A stretch of 64,000 bases of DNA from the NCBI GenBank assembly GCA_964016885.1, contig OZ024745.1, positions 7,254,001 to 7,318,000 on the forward strand, in the 5' to 3' direction. The stretch's first letter is position 1. Every line of letters starts with the position of its first letter. Below, piece after piece: positions 1-15,000 of the stretch. The stretch comes from Eledone cirrhosa (taxonomy: Eukaryota). The position numbers and the translations under genes are program-made. The notes beneath the pieces are model-generated. The model was not told the DNA's origin, searched no databases, and saw only the letters and a program-made list of their open reading frames with translations.

Positions 1-3000
1 CACTTGGTAATAGGAAGTCACTCCCCCCACTGATAGCAGCACTTGGTAATAGGCAGTCACTCCCCCCCCATTGATAGCAGCACTTGGTAATAGGCAGTCA
101 CTCCCCCCCATTGATAGCAGCACTTGGTAATAGGCAGTCACTCTCCCCCCATTGATAGCAGCACATGGTAATAGGCAATCACTCCCCCCCATTGATAGCA
201 GCACTTGGTAATAGGCAGTCACTCCCCCCCATTGATAGCAGCACTTGGTAATAGGCAGTCACTCCCCCCCATTAATAGCAGCACTTGGTAATAGGCAGTT
301 ACTCTCCCCCATTGATAGCAGCACTTGGTAATAGGCAGTCACTCCCCCCCATTGATAGCAGCACTTGGTAATAGGCAGTCACTCACCCCCATTGATAGCA
401 GCACTTGGTAATAGGCAGTCACTCCCCCATTGATAGCAGCACTTGGTAATAGGCAGTCATTCCCCTCCCTCCCATTGATAGCAAAACTTGGTAATAGGCA
501 GTCACCCCACCCCCATTGATAGCAGCACTTGGTAATAGGCAGTCACTCCCCCTACCTCCCATTGATAGCAGCACTTGGTAATAGGCAGTCACTCCCCCCA
601 TTGATAGCAGCACTTGGTAATAGGAAGTCACTCCCCCCCGCATTGATAGCAGCACTTGGTAATAGGCAGTCACTCCCCCCATTGATAGCAAAACTTGGTA
701 ATAGGCAGTCACTCCCCCCCATTGATAGCAGCACTTGGTAATAGGCAGTCACTCCCCCTCCCTCCCATTGATAGCAAAACTTGGTAATAGGCAGTCACTC
801 CCCGCATTGATGGCAGCACTTGGTAATAGGAAGTCACTCTCCCCCATTGATAGCAGCACTTGGGAATAGGCAGTCACTCTCCCCCCATTGATAGCAGCAC
901 TTGGTAATAGGCAGTCACTCCCCCCATTGATAGCAGCACTTGGTAATAGGCAGTCACTCCCCCCCATTGATAACAGCACTTGGTAATAGGTAGTCACTCT
1001 CGCCCCATTGATAGCAGCACTTGCTAATAGGCAGTCACTCCCCCCATTGATAGCAGCACTTGGTTATAGGCAGTCACTCCCCCCCCATTGATAGCAGCAC
1101 TTGGTAATAGGCAGTCACTCCCCCACATTGATAGCAGCACTTGGTAATTTGGCAATCACTCCCCCACATTGATAGCAGCACTTGGTAATAGGCAGTCACT
1201 CTCCCCCCATTGATAGCAGCACTTGGTAATAGGCAGTCACTCCCCCCCCATTGATAGCAGCACTTGGTAATAGGCAATAACTCCCCCCCCCCCATTGATA
1301 GCAGCACTTGGTAATAGGAAGTCACTCTCCCCATTGATAGCAGCACTTGGTAATAGGCAGTCACTCCCCCCATTGATAGCAGCACTTGGTAATAGGCAGT
1401 TACTCCCCCCGATTGATAGCAGCACTTGGTAATAGGCAGTCACTCCCTCCCCCATTGATAGCAGCACTTGGTAATAGGCAGTCACTCTCCCCCCATTGAC
1501 AACAGCACTTGGTAATAGGTAGTCACTCTCCCCCCATTGATAGCAGCACTTGGTAATAGGTAGTCACTCTCCCCCCATTGATAGCAGCACTTGGTAATAG
1601 GAAGTCACTCCCCCCATTGATAGCAGCACTTGGTAATAGGCAGTCACTCCCCCCCCATTGATAGCAGCACTTGGTAATAGGTAATCACTCCCCCCCCATT
1701 GATAGCAGCACTTGGTAATAGGTAGTCACTCTCCCCCCATTGATAGCAGCACTTGGTAATAGGCAGTGACTCCCCCCATTGATAGCAGCACTTGGTAATA
1801 GGCAGTGACTCCCCCCATTGATAGCAGCACTTGGTAATAGGCAGTCACTCCCCCCATTGATAGCAGCACTTGGTAATAGGCAGTCACTCCCCCCCATTGA
1901 TAGCAGCACTTGGTAATAGGCAGTCACTCCCCCCCATTGTTAGCAGCACTTGGTAATAGGCAGTGACCCCCCCCCCCCCTCATTGATAGCAGCACTTGGT
2001 AATAGGCAGTCACTCTCCCCCATTGATAGCAGCACTTGGTAATAGGCAGTCACTCCCCCCATGGATAGCAGCACTTGGTAATAGGCAGTCACTCCCCCCC
2101 ATTGATAGCAGCACTTGGTAATAGGCAGTCACTCCCCCCATTGATAGCAGCACTTGGTAATAGGAAGTCACTCTCCCCATTGATAGCAGCACTTGGTAAT
2201 AGGCAGTCACTCCCCCCCATTGATAGCAGCACTTGGTAATAGGCAGTCACTCCCCCCCCCATTGATAGCAGCACTTGGTAATAAGCAGTCACTCCCCCCA
2301 TTGACAGCAGCACTTGGTAATAGGCAGTCACTCCCCCCATTGATAGCAGCACTTGGTAATAGGCAGTCACTCTCCCCCCATTGATAGCAGCACTTGGTAA
2401 TAGGAAGTCACTCCCCCCCATTGATAGCAGCACTTGGTAATAGGCAGTCACTCCCCCCCATTGATAGCAGCACTTGGTAATAGGCAGTCACTCCCCCCAT
2501 TGATAGCAGCACTTGGTAATAGGCAGTCACTCCCCCCATTGATAGCAGCACTTGGTAATAGGCAGTCACTCACCCCCATTGATAGCAGCACTTGGTAATA
2601 GGTAGTCACTCTCCCCCCATTGATATCAGCACTTGGTAATAAGCAGTCACTCCCCCCATTGACAACAGCACTTGGTAATAGGAAGTCACTCCCCCCCATT
2701 GATAGCAGCACTTGGTAATAGGCAGTCACTCCCCCCCCCCATTGATAGCAGCACTTGGTAATAGGTAGTCACTCTCCCCCCATTGATAGCAGCACTTGGT
2801 AATAGGCAGTCACTCCCCCCATTGATAGAAGCACTTGGTAATAGGCAGTCACTCCCCCCATTGATAGCAGCACTTGGTAATAGGAAGTGACACCCCCCCC
2901 ATTGATAGCAAAACTTGGTAATAGGCAGTCACTCTCCCCACATTGATAGCAGCACTTGGTAATAGGCAGTCACTCTCCCCACATTGATAGCAGCACTTGG

Positions 3001-6000
3001 TAATAGGCAGTCACTCCCCCCCCCCCATTGATAGCAGCACTTGGTAATAGGTTGTCACTCTCCCCCCATTGATAGCAGCACTTGGTAATAGGCAGTCACT
3101 CCCCCCCATTGATAGCAGCACTTGGTAATAGGCAGTCACTCCCCCTCCCTACCATTGATAGCAGCACTTGGTAATAGGCATTCACTCTCCCCCCATTGAT
3201 AGCAGCACTTGGTAATAGGAAGTCACTCCCCCCATTGATAGCAGCACTTGGTAATAGGCAGTCACTCCCCCCATTGATAGCAGCACTTGGTAATAGGCAG
3301 TCACTCCCCCCATTGATAGCAGTACTTGGTAATAGGTAGTCACTCTCCCCCCATTGATATCAACACTTGGTAATAGGCAGTCACTCCCCCCCATTGACAG
3401 CAGCACTTGGTAATAGGCAGTCACTCCCCCCATTGATAGCAGCACTTGGTAATAGGCAGTTACTCTCCCCCCATTGATAGCAGCACTTGGTAATAGGTAG
3501 TCACTCCCCCCCATTGATAGCAGCACTTGGTAATAGGTAGTCACTCTCCCCCATTGATAGCAGCACTTGGTAATAGGCAGTCACCCCCCCCCATTGATAG
3601 CAGCACTTGGTAATAGGCAGTCACTCCCCCCCCCCATTAATAGCAGCACTTGGTAATAGGTAGTCACTCTCCCCCCATTGATATCAGCACTTGGTAATAA
3701 GCAGTCACTCCCCCCCATTGACAACAGCACTTGGTAATAGGAAGTCACTCCCCCCCATTGATAGCAGCACTTGGTAATAGGCAGTCACTCCCCCCATTGA
3801 TAGCAGCACTTGGTAATAGGCAGTCACTCCCCCCCCCCCCCCCCATTGATAGCAGCACTTGGTAATAGGTAGTCACTCTCCCCCCATTGATAGCAGCACT
3901 TGGTAATAGGCAGTCACTCCCCCATTGATAGAAGCACTTGGTAATAGGCAGTCACTCCCCCCATTGATAGCAGCACTTGGTAATAGGAAGTGACACCCCC
4001 CCCATTGATAGCAAAACTTGGTAATAGGCAGTCACTCTCCCCACATTGATAGCAGCACTTGGTAATAGGCAGTCACTCTCCCCACATTGATAGCAGCACT
4101 TGGTAATAGGCAGTCACTCCCCCCCCCATTGATAGCAGCACTTGGTAATAGGTTGTCACTCTCCCCCCATTGATAGCAGCACTTGGTAATAGGCAGTCAC
4201 TCCCCCCCATTGATAGCAGCACTTGGTAATAGGCAGTCACTCCCCCTCCCTACCATTGATAGCAGCACTTGGTAATAGGCAGTCACTCCCCCCATTGATA
4301 GCAGCACTTGGTAATAGGAAGTAACTCCCCCCCCCCGCATTGATAGCAGCACTTGGTAATAGGCAGTCACTCCCCCCCATTGATAGAAGCACTTGGTAAT
4401 AGGCAGTCACTCCCCCCATTGATAGCAGCACTTGGTAATAGGCAGTCACTCTCCCCCCATTGATAGCAGCACTTGGTAATAGGAAGTCACTCCCCCCCAT
4501 TGATAGCAGCACTTGGTAATAGGCAGTCACTCCCCCCATTGATAGCAGCACTTGGTAATAGGCAGTCACTCCCCCCATTGATAGCAGTACTTGGTAATAG
4601 GTAGTCACTCTCCCCCCATTGATATCAGCACTTGGTAATAGGCAGTCACTCCCCCCCCCCATTGACAGCAGCACTTGGTAATAGGCAGTCACTCCCCCCC
4701 ATTGATAGCAGCACTTGGTAATAGGCAGTTACTCTCCCCCCATTGATAGCAGCACTTGGTAATAGGTAGTCACTCTCCCCCCATTGATAGCAGCACTTGG
4801 TAATAGGCAGTCACTCCCCCCATTGATAGCAGCACTTGGTAATAGGCAGTCATTCCCCCCCATTGATAGCAGCACTTGGTAACAGGAAGTCACTCCCCCC
4901 CATTGATAGCAGCACTTGGTAATAGGCAGTCACTCCCCCCCATTGATAGCAGCACTTGGTAATAGGCAGTCCCCCCATTGATAGCAGCACTTGGTAATAG
5001 GTAGTCACTCTCCCCCATTGATAGCAGCACTTGGTAATAGGCAGTCACCACCCCCCATTGATAGCAGCACTTGGTAATAGGCAGTCACTCCCCCCCCATT
5101 AATAGCAGCACTTGGTAATAGGTAGTCACTCTCCCCCCATTGATAGCAGCACTTGGTAATAGGCAGTCACTCCCCCCCATTGATAGCAGCACTTGGTAAT
5201 AGGCAGTCACTCCCCCCCATTGATAGCAGCACTTGGTAATAGGCAGTAACTCCCCCCATTGATAAGAGCACTTGGTAATAGGAATAACTCCCCCCCCCCC
5301 CGCATTGATAGCAGCACTTGGTAATAGGCAGTCACTCCCTCCCATTGATAGCAGCACTTGGTAATAGGCAGTCACTCCCCCCATTGATAGCAGCACTTGG
5401 TAATAGGTTGTCACTCCCCCCCATTGGTAGCAGCACTTGGTAATAGGCAGTCACTCCCCCCCATTGATAGAAGCACTTGGTAATAGGTTGTCACTCTCCC
5501 CCCATTGATAGCAGCACTTGGTAATAGGCAGTCACTCCCCCCCCATTGATAGCAGCACTTGGTAATAGGCAGTCACTCTCCCCATTGATAGCAGCACTTG
5601 CTAATAGGCAGTCATTCCCCTCCCTCCCATTGATAGCAAAACTTGGTAATAGGAAGTAACTCCCCCCCCCCCCCCCGCATTGATAGCAGCACTTGGTAAT
5701 AGGCAGTCACTCCCTTCCATTGATAGCAGCACTTGGTAATAGGCAGTCACTCCCCCCATTGCTAGCAGCACTGGGTAATAGGCAGTCATTCCCCTCCCTC
5801 CCATTGATAGCAAAACTTGGTAATAGGCAGTCACCCCCCCATTGATAGCAGCACTTGGTAATAGGCAGTCACTCCCCCTACCTCCCATTGATAGCAGCAC
5901 TTGGTAATAGGCAGTCACTCCCCCCATTGATAGCAGCACTTGGTAATAGGAAGTCACTCCCCCCCATTGATAGCAGCACTTGGTAATAGGCAGTCACTCT

Positions 6001-9000
6001 CCGCATTGATAGCAGCACTTGGTAATAGGCAGTCACTCCCTCCCATTGATAGCAGCACTTGGTAATAGGCAGTCACTCCCCCATTGATAGCAGCACTTGG
6101 TAATAGGCAGTCATTCCCCTCCCTCCCATTGATAGCAAAACTTGGTAATAGGCAGTCACCCCACCCCCATTGATAGCAGCACTTGGTAATAGGCAGTCAC
6201 TCCCCCTACCTCCCATTGATAGCAGCACTTGGTAATAGGCAGTCACTCCCCCCATTGATAGCAGCACTTGGTAATAGGAAGTCACTCCCCCCCGCATTGA
6301 TAGCAGCACTTGGTAATAGGCAGTCACTCCCCCCATTGATAGCAAAACTTGGTAATAGGCAGTCACTCCCCCCCATTGATAGCAGCACTTGGTAATAGGC
6401 AGTCACTCCCCCTCCCTCCCATTGATAGCAAAACTTGGTAATAGGCAGTCACTCCCCGCATTGATGGCAGCACTTGGTAATAGGAAGTCACTCTCCCCCA
6501 TTGATAGCAGCACTTGGGAATAGGCAGTCACTCTCCCCCCATTGATAGCAGCACTTGGTAATAGGCAGTCACTCCCCCCATTGATAGCAGCACTTGGTAA
6601 TAGGCAGTCACTCCCCCCCCATTGATAACAGCACTTGGTAATAGGTAGTCACTCTCGCCCCATTGATAGCAGCACTTGCTAATAGGCAGTCACTCCCCCC
6701 ATTGATAGCAGCACTTGGTTATAGGCAGTCACTCCCCCCCCCCATTGATAGCAGCACTTGGTAATAGGCAGTCACTCCCCCACATTGATAGCAGCACTTG
6801 GTAATTTGGCAATCACTCCCCCACATTGATAGCAGCACTTGGTAATAGGCAGTCACTCTCCCCCCATTGATAGCAGCACTTGGTAATAGGCAGTCACTCC
6901 CCCCCATTGATAGCAGCACTTGGTAATAGGCAATAACTCCCCCCCCCCATTGATAGCAGCACTTGGTAATAGGAAGTCACTCTCCCCATTGATAGCAGCA
7001 CTTGGTAATAGACAGTCACTCCCCCCCATTGATAGCAGCACTTGGTAATAGGCAGTCACTCCCCCCATTGATAGCAGCACTTGGTAATAGGCAGTTACTC
7101 CCCCCGATTGATAGCAGCACTTGGTAATAGGCAGTCACTCCCCCCCCCATTGATAGCAGCACTTGGTAATAGGCAGTCACTCTCCCCCCATTGACAACAG
7201 CACTTGGTAATAGGTAGTCACTCTCCCCCCATTGATAGCAGCACTTGGTAATAGGTAGTCACTCTCCCCCCATTGATAGCAGCACTTGGTAATAGGAAGT
7301 CACTCCCCCCATTGATAGCAGCACTTGGTAATAGGCAGTCACTCCCCCCCCTTTGATAGCAGCACTTGGTAATAGGTAGTCACTCCCCCCCATTGATAGC
7401 AGCACTTGGTAATAGGTAGTCACTCTCCCCCCATTGATAGCAGCACTTGGTAATAGGCAGTGACTCCCCCCATTGATAGCAGCACTTGGTAATAGGCAGT
7501 GACTCCCCCCATTGATAGCAGCACTTGGTAATAGGCAGTCACTCCCCCCATTGATAGCAGCACTTGGTAATAGGCAGTCACTCCCCCCCATTGATAGCAG
7601 CACTTGGTAATAGGCAGTCACTCCCCCCCATTGATAGCAGCACTTGGTAATAGGCAGTGACTCCCCCATTGATAACAGCACTTGGTAATAGGCAGTGACC
7701 CCCCCCCCCTCATTGATAGCAGCACTTGGTAATAGGCAGTCACTCTCCCCCATTGATAGCAGCACTTGGTAATAGGCAGTCACTCCCCCCATTGATAGCA
7801 GCACTTGGTAATAGGCAGTCACTCCCCCCCCCCCATTGATAGCAGCACTTGGTAATAGGCAGTCACTCCCCCCCATTGATAGCAGCACTTGGTAATAGGA
7901 AGTCACTCTCCCCATTGATAGCAGCACTTGGTAATAGGCAGTCACTCCCCCCCATTGATAGCAGCACTTGGTAATAGGCAGTCACTCCCCCCCCCATTGA
8001 TAGCAGCACTTGGTAATAAGCAGTCACTCCCCCCATTGACAGCAGCACTTGGTAATAGGCAGTCACTCCCCCCCTTGATAGCAGCACTTATTAATAGGCA
8101 GTCACTCTCCCCCCATTGATAGCAGCACTTGGTAATAGGAAGTCACTCCCCCCCATTGATAGCAGCACTTGGTAATAGGCAGTCACTCCCCCCCATTGAT
8201 AGCAGCACTTGGTAATAGGCAGTCACTCCCCCCATTGATAGCAGCACTTGGTAATAGGCAGTCACTCCCCCCATTGATAGCAGCACTTGGTAATAGGCAG
8301 TCACTCACCCCCATTGATAGCAGCACTTGGTAATAGGTAGTCACTCTCCCCCCATTGATATCAGCACTTGGTAATAAGCAGTCACTCCCCCCATTGACAA
8401 CAGCACTTGGTAATAGGAAGTCACTCCCCCCCATTGATAGCAGCACTTGGTAATAGGCAGTCACTCCCCCCCCCCATTGATAGCAGCACTTGGTAATAGG
8501 TAGTCACTCTCCCCCCATTGATAGCAGCACTTGGTAATAGGCAGTCACTCCCCCCATTGATAGAAGCACTTGGTAATAGGCAGTCACTCCCCCCATTGAT
8601 AGCAGCACTTGGTAATAGGAAGTGACACCCCCCCATTGATAGCAAAACTTGGTAATAGGCAGTCACTCTCCCCACATTGATAGCAGCACTTGGTAATAGG
8701 CAGTCACTCTCCCCACATTGATAGCAGCACTTGGTAATAGGCAGTCACTCCCCCCCCCATTGATAGCAGCACTTGGTAATAGGTTGTCACTCTCCCCCCA
8801 TTGATAGCAGCACTTGGTAATAGGCAGTCACTCCCCCCCATTGATAGCAGCACTTGGTAATAGGCAGTCACTCCCCCTCCCTACCATTGATAGCAGCACT
8901 TGGTAATAGGCATTCACTCTCCCCCCATTGATAGCAGCACTTGGTAATAGGAAGTCACTCCCCCCATTGATAGCAGCACTTGGTAATAGGCAGTCACTCC

Positions 9001-12000
9001 CCCCATTGATAGCAGCACTTGGTAATAGGCAGTCACTCCCCCCATTGATAGCAGTACTTGGTAATAGGTAGTCACTCTCCCCCCATTGATATCAACACTT
9101 GGTAATAGGCAGTCACTCCCCCCCATTGACAGCAGCACTTGGTAATAGGCAGTCACTCCCCCCATTGATAGCAGCACTTGGTAATAGGCAGTTACTCTCC
9201 CCCCATTGATAGCAGCACTTGGTAATAGGTAGTCACTCCCCCCCATTGATAGCAGCACTTGGTAATAGGTAGTCACTCTCCCCCATTGATAGCAGCACTT
9301 GGTAATAGGCAGTCACCACCCCCCATTGATAGCAGCACTTGGTAATAGGCAGTCACTCCCCCCCCCCATTAATAGCAGCACTTGGTAATAGGTAGTCACT
9401 CTCCCCCCATTGATATCAGCACTTGGTAATAAGCAGTCACTCCCCCCCATTGACAACAGCACTTGGTAATAGGAAGTCACTCCCCCCCATTGATAGCAGC
9501 ACTTGGTAATAGGCAGTCACTCCCCCCATTGATAGCAGCACTTGGTAATAGGCAGTCACTCCCCCCCCCATTGATAGCAGCACTTGGTAATAGGTAGTCA
9601 CTCTCCCCCCATTGATAGCAGCACTTGGTAATAGGCAGTCACTCCCCCATTGATAGAAGCACTTGGTAATAGGCAGTCACTCCCCCCATTGATAGCAGCA
9701 CTTGGTAATAGGAAGTGACACCCCCCCCATTGATAGCAAAACTTGGTAATAGGCAGTCACTCTCCCCACATTGATAGCAGCACTTGGTAATAGGCAGTCA
9801 CTCTCCCCACATTGATAGCAGCACTTGGTAATAGGCAGTCACTCCCCCCCCCATTGATAGCAGCACTTGGTAATAGGTTGTCACTCTCCCCCCATTGATA
9901 GCAGCACTTGGTAATAGGCAGTCACTCCCCCCCATTGATAGCAGCACTTGGTAATAGGCAGTCACTCCCCCTCCCTACCATTGATAGCAGCACTTGGTAA
10001 TAGGCAGTCACTCCCCCCATTGATAGCAGCACTTGGTAATAGGAAGTAACTCCCCCCCCCGCATTGATAGCAGCACTTGGTAATAGGCAGTCACTCCCCC
10101 CCATTGATAGAAGCACTTGGTAATAGGCAGTCACTCCCCCCATTGATAGCAGCACTTGGTAATAGGCAGTCACTCTCCCCCCATTGATAGCAGCACTTGG
10201 TAATAGGAAGTCACTCCCCCCCATTGATAGCAGCACTTGGTAATAGGCAGTCACTCCCCCCATTGATAGCAGCACTTGGTAATAGGCAGTCACTCCCCCC
10301 ATTGATAGCAGTACTTGGTAATAGGTAGTCACTCTCCCCCCATTGATATCAGCACTTGGTAATAGGCAGTCACTCCCCCCCCCCCCATTGACAGCAGCAC
10401 TTGGTAATAGGCAGTCACTCCCCCCCATTGATAGCAGCACTTGGTAATAGGCAGTTACTCTCCCCCCATTGATAGCAGCACTTGGTAATAGGTAGTCACT
10501 CTCCCCCCATTGATAGCAGCACTTGGTAATAGGCAGTCACTCCCCCCATTGATAGCAGCACTTGGTAATAGGCAGTCATTCCCCCCCATTGATAGCAGCA
10601 CTTGGTAACAGGAAGTCACTCCCCCCCATTGATAGCAGCACTTGGTAATAGGCAGTCACTCCCCCCCATTGATAGCAGCACTTGGTAATAGGCAGTCCCC
10701 CCATTGATAGCAGCACTTGGTAATAGGTAGTCACTCTCCCCCATTGATAGCAGCACTTGGTAATAGGCAGTCACCACCCCCCATTGATAGCAGCACTTGG
10801 TAATAGGCAGTCACTCCCCCCCCATTAATAGCAGCACTTGGTAATAGGTAGTCACTCTCCCCCCATTGATAGCAGCACTTGGTAATAGGCAGTCACTCCC
10901 CCCCATTGATAGCAGCACTTGGTAATAGGCAGTCACTCCCCCCCATTGATAGCAGCACTTGGTAATAGGCAGTAACTCCCCCCATTGATAAGAGCACTTG
11001 GTAATAGGAATAACTCCCCCCCCCCGCATTGATAGCAGCACTTGGTAATAGGCAGTCACTCCCTCCCATTGATAGCAGCACTTGGTAATAGGCAGTCACT
11101 CCCCCCATTGATAGCAGCACTTGGTAATAGGTTGTCACTCCCCCCCATTGGTAGCAGCACTTGGTAATAGGCAGTCACTCCCCCCCATTGATAGAAGCAC
11201 TTGGTAATAGGTTGTCACTCTCCCCCCATTGATAGCAGCACTTGGTAATAGGCAGTCACTCCCCCCCCATTGATAGCAGCACTTGGTAATAGGCAGTCAC
11301 TCTCCCCATTGATAGCAGCACTTGCTAATAGGCAGTCATTCCCCTCCCTCCCATTGATAGCAAAACTTGGTAACAGGAAGTAACTCCCCCCCCCGCATTG
11401 ATAGCAGCACTTGGTAATAGGCAGTCACTCCCTTCCATTGATAGCAGCACTTGGTAATAGGCAGTCACTCCCCCCATTGCTAGCAGCACTGGGTAATAGG
11501 CAGTCATTCCCCTCCCTCCCATTGATAGCAAAACTTGGTAATAGGCAGTCACCCCCCCATTGATAGCAGCACTTGGTAATAGGCAGTCACTCCCCCTACC
11601 TCCCATTGATAGCAGCACTTGGTAATAGGCAGTCACTCCCCCCATTGATAGCAGCACTTGGTAATAGGAAGTCACTCCCCCCCATTGATAGCAGCACTTG
11701 GTAATAGGCAGTCACTCTCCGCATTGATAGCAGCACTTGGTAATAGGCAGTCACTCCCTCCCATTGATAGCAGCACTTGGTAATAGGCAGTCACTCCCCC
11801 ATTGATAGCAGCACTTGGTAATAGGCAGTCATTCCCCTCCCTCCCATTGATAGCAAAACTTGGTAATAGGCAGTCACCCCACCCCCATTGATAGCAGCAC
11901 TTGGTAATAGGCAGTCACTCCCCCTACCTCCCATTGATAGCAGCACTTGGTAATAGGCAGTCACTCCCCCCATTGATAGCAGCACTTGGTAATAGGAAGT

Positions 12001-15000
12001 CACTCCCCCCCGCATTGATAGCAGCACTTGGTAATAGGCAGTCACTCCCCCCATTGATAGCAAAACTTGGTAATAGGCAGTCACTCCCCCCCATTGATAG
12101 CAGCACTTGGTAATAGGCAGTCACTCCCCCTCCCTCCCATTGATAGCAAAACTTGGTAATAGGCAGTCACTCCCCGCATTGATGGCAGCACTTGGTAATA
12201 GGAAGTCACTCTCCCCCATTGATAGCAGCACTTGGGAATAGGCAGTCACTCTCCCCCCATTGATAGCAGCACTTGGTAATAGGCAGTCACTCCCCCCATT
12301 GATAGCAGCACTTGGTAATAGGCAGTCACTCCCCCCCCATTGATAACAGCACTTGGTAATAGGTAGTCACTCTCGCCCCATTGATAGCAGCACTTGCTAA
12401 TAGGCAGTCACTCCCCCCATTGATAGCAGCACTTGGTTATAGGCAGTCACTCCCCCCCCCCATTGATAGCAGCACTTGGTAATAGGCAGTCACTCCCCCA
12501 CATTGATAGCAGCACTTGGTAATTTGGCAATCACTCCCCCACATTGATAGCAGCACTTGGTAATAGGCAGTCACTCTCCCCCCATTGATAGCAGCACTTG
12601 GTAATAGGCAGTCACTCCCCCCCATTGATAGCAGCACTTGGTAATAGGCAATAACTCCCCCCCCCCCATTGATAGCAGCACTTGGTAATAGGAAGTCACT
12701 CTCCCCATTGATAGCAGCACTTGGTAATAGACAGTCACTCCCCCCCATTGATAGCAGCACTTGGTAATAGGCAGTCACTCCCCCCATTGATAGCAGCACT
12801 TGGTAATAGGCAGTTACTCCCCCCGATTGATAGCAGCACTTGGTAATAGGCAGTCACTCCCCCCCCCATTGATAGCAGCACTTGGTAATAGGCAGTCACT
12901 CTCCCCCCATTGACAACAGCACTTGGTAATAGGTAGTCACTCTCCCCCCATTGATAGCAGCACTTGGTAATAGGTAGTCACTCTCCCCCCATTGATAGCA
13001 GCACTTGGTAATAGGAAGTCACTCCCCCCATTGATAGCAGCACTTGGTAATAGGCAGTCACTCCCCCCCCCTTTGATAGCAGCACTTGGTAATAGGTAGT
13101 CACTCCCCCCCCATTGATAGCAGCACTTGGTAATAGGTAGTCACTCTCCCCCCATTGATAGCAGCACTTGGTAATAGGCAGTGACTCCCCCATTGATAGC
13201 AGCACTTGGTAATAGGCAGTGACTCCCCCCATTGATAGCAGCACTTGGTAATAGGCAGTCACTCCCCCCATTGATAGCAGCACTTGGTAATAGGCAGTCA
13301 CTCCCCCCCATTGATAGCAGCACTTGGTAATAGGCAGTCACTCCCCCCCATTGATAGCAGCACTTGGTAATAGGCAGTGACTCCCCCATTGATAACAGCA
13401 CTTGGTAATAGGCAGTGACCCCCCCCCCCCCCTCATTGATAGCAGCACTTGGTAATAGGCAGTCACTCTCCCCCATTGATAGCAGCACTTGGTAATAGGC
13501 AGTCACTCCCCCCATTGATAGCAGCACTTGGTAATAGGCAGTCACTCCCCCCCCCCATTGATAGCAGCACTTGGTAATAGGCAGTCACTCCCCCCCATTG
13601 ATAGCAGCACTTGGTAATAGGAAGTCACTCTCCCCATTGATAGCAGCACTTGGTAATAGGCAGTCACTCCCCCCCATTGATAGCAGCACTTGGTAATAGG
13701 CAGTCACTCCCCCCCCATTGATAGCAGCACTTGGTAATAAGCAGTCACTCCCCCCATTGACAGCAGCACTTGGTAATAGGCAGTCACTCCCCCCCTTGAT
13801 AGCAGCACTTATTAATAGGCAGTCACTCTCCCCCCATTGATAGCAGCACTTGGTAATAGGAAGTCACTCCCCCCCATTGATAGCAGCACTTGGTAATAGG
13901 CAGTCACTCCCCCCCATTGATAGCAGCACTTGGTAATAGGCAGTCACTCCCCCCATTGATAGCAGCACTTGGTAATAGGCAGTCACTCCCCCCCATTGAT
14001 AGCAGCACTTGGTAATAGGCAGTCACTCACCCCCATTGATAGCAGCACTTGGTAATAGGTAGTCACTCTCCCCCCATTGATATCAGCACTTGGTAATAAG
14101 CAGTCACTCCCCCCATTGACAACAACACTTGGTAATAGGAAGTCACTCCCCCCCATTGATAGCAGCACTTGGTAATAGGCAGTCACTCCCCCCCCATTGA
14201 TAGCAGCACTTGGTAATAGGTAGTCACTCTCCCCCCATTGATAGCAGCACTTGGTAATAGGCAGTCACTCCCCCCATTGATAGAAGCACTTGGTAATAGG
14301 CAGTCACTCCCCCCATTGATAGCAGCAATTGGTAATAGGAAGTGACACCCCCCCATTGATAGCAAAACTTGGTAATAGGCAGTCACTCTCCCCACATTGA
14401 TAGCAGCACTTGGTAATAGGCAGTCACTCTCCCCACATTGATAGCAGCACTTGGTAATAGGCAGTCACTCCCCCCCCCATTGATAGCAGCACTTGGTAAT
14501 AGGTTGTCACTCTCCCCCCATTGATAGCAGCACTTGGTAATAGGCAGTCACTCCCCCCCATTGATAGCAGCACTTGGTAATAGGCAGTCACTCCCCCTCC
14601 CTACCATTGATAGCAGCACTTGGTAATAGGCAGTCACTCCCCCCATTGATAGCAGCACTTGGTAATAGGAAGTAACTCCCCCCCCCGCATTGATAGCAGC
14701 ACTTGGTAATAGGCAGTCACTCCCCCCCATTGATAGAAGCACTTGGTAATAGGCAGTCACTCCCCCCATTGATAGCATCACTTGGTAATAGGCAGTCACT
14801 CTCCCCCCATTGATAGCAGCACTTGGTAATAGGAAGTCACTCCCCCCATTGATAGCAGCACTTGGTAATAGGCAGTCACTCCCCCCATTGATAGCAGCAC
14901 TTGGTAATAGGCAGTCACTCCCCCCATTGATAGCAGTACTTGGTAATAGGTAGTCACTCTCCCCCCATTGATATCAGCACTTGGTAATAGGCAGTCACTC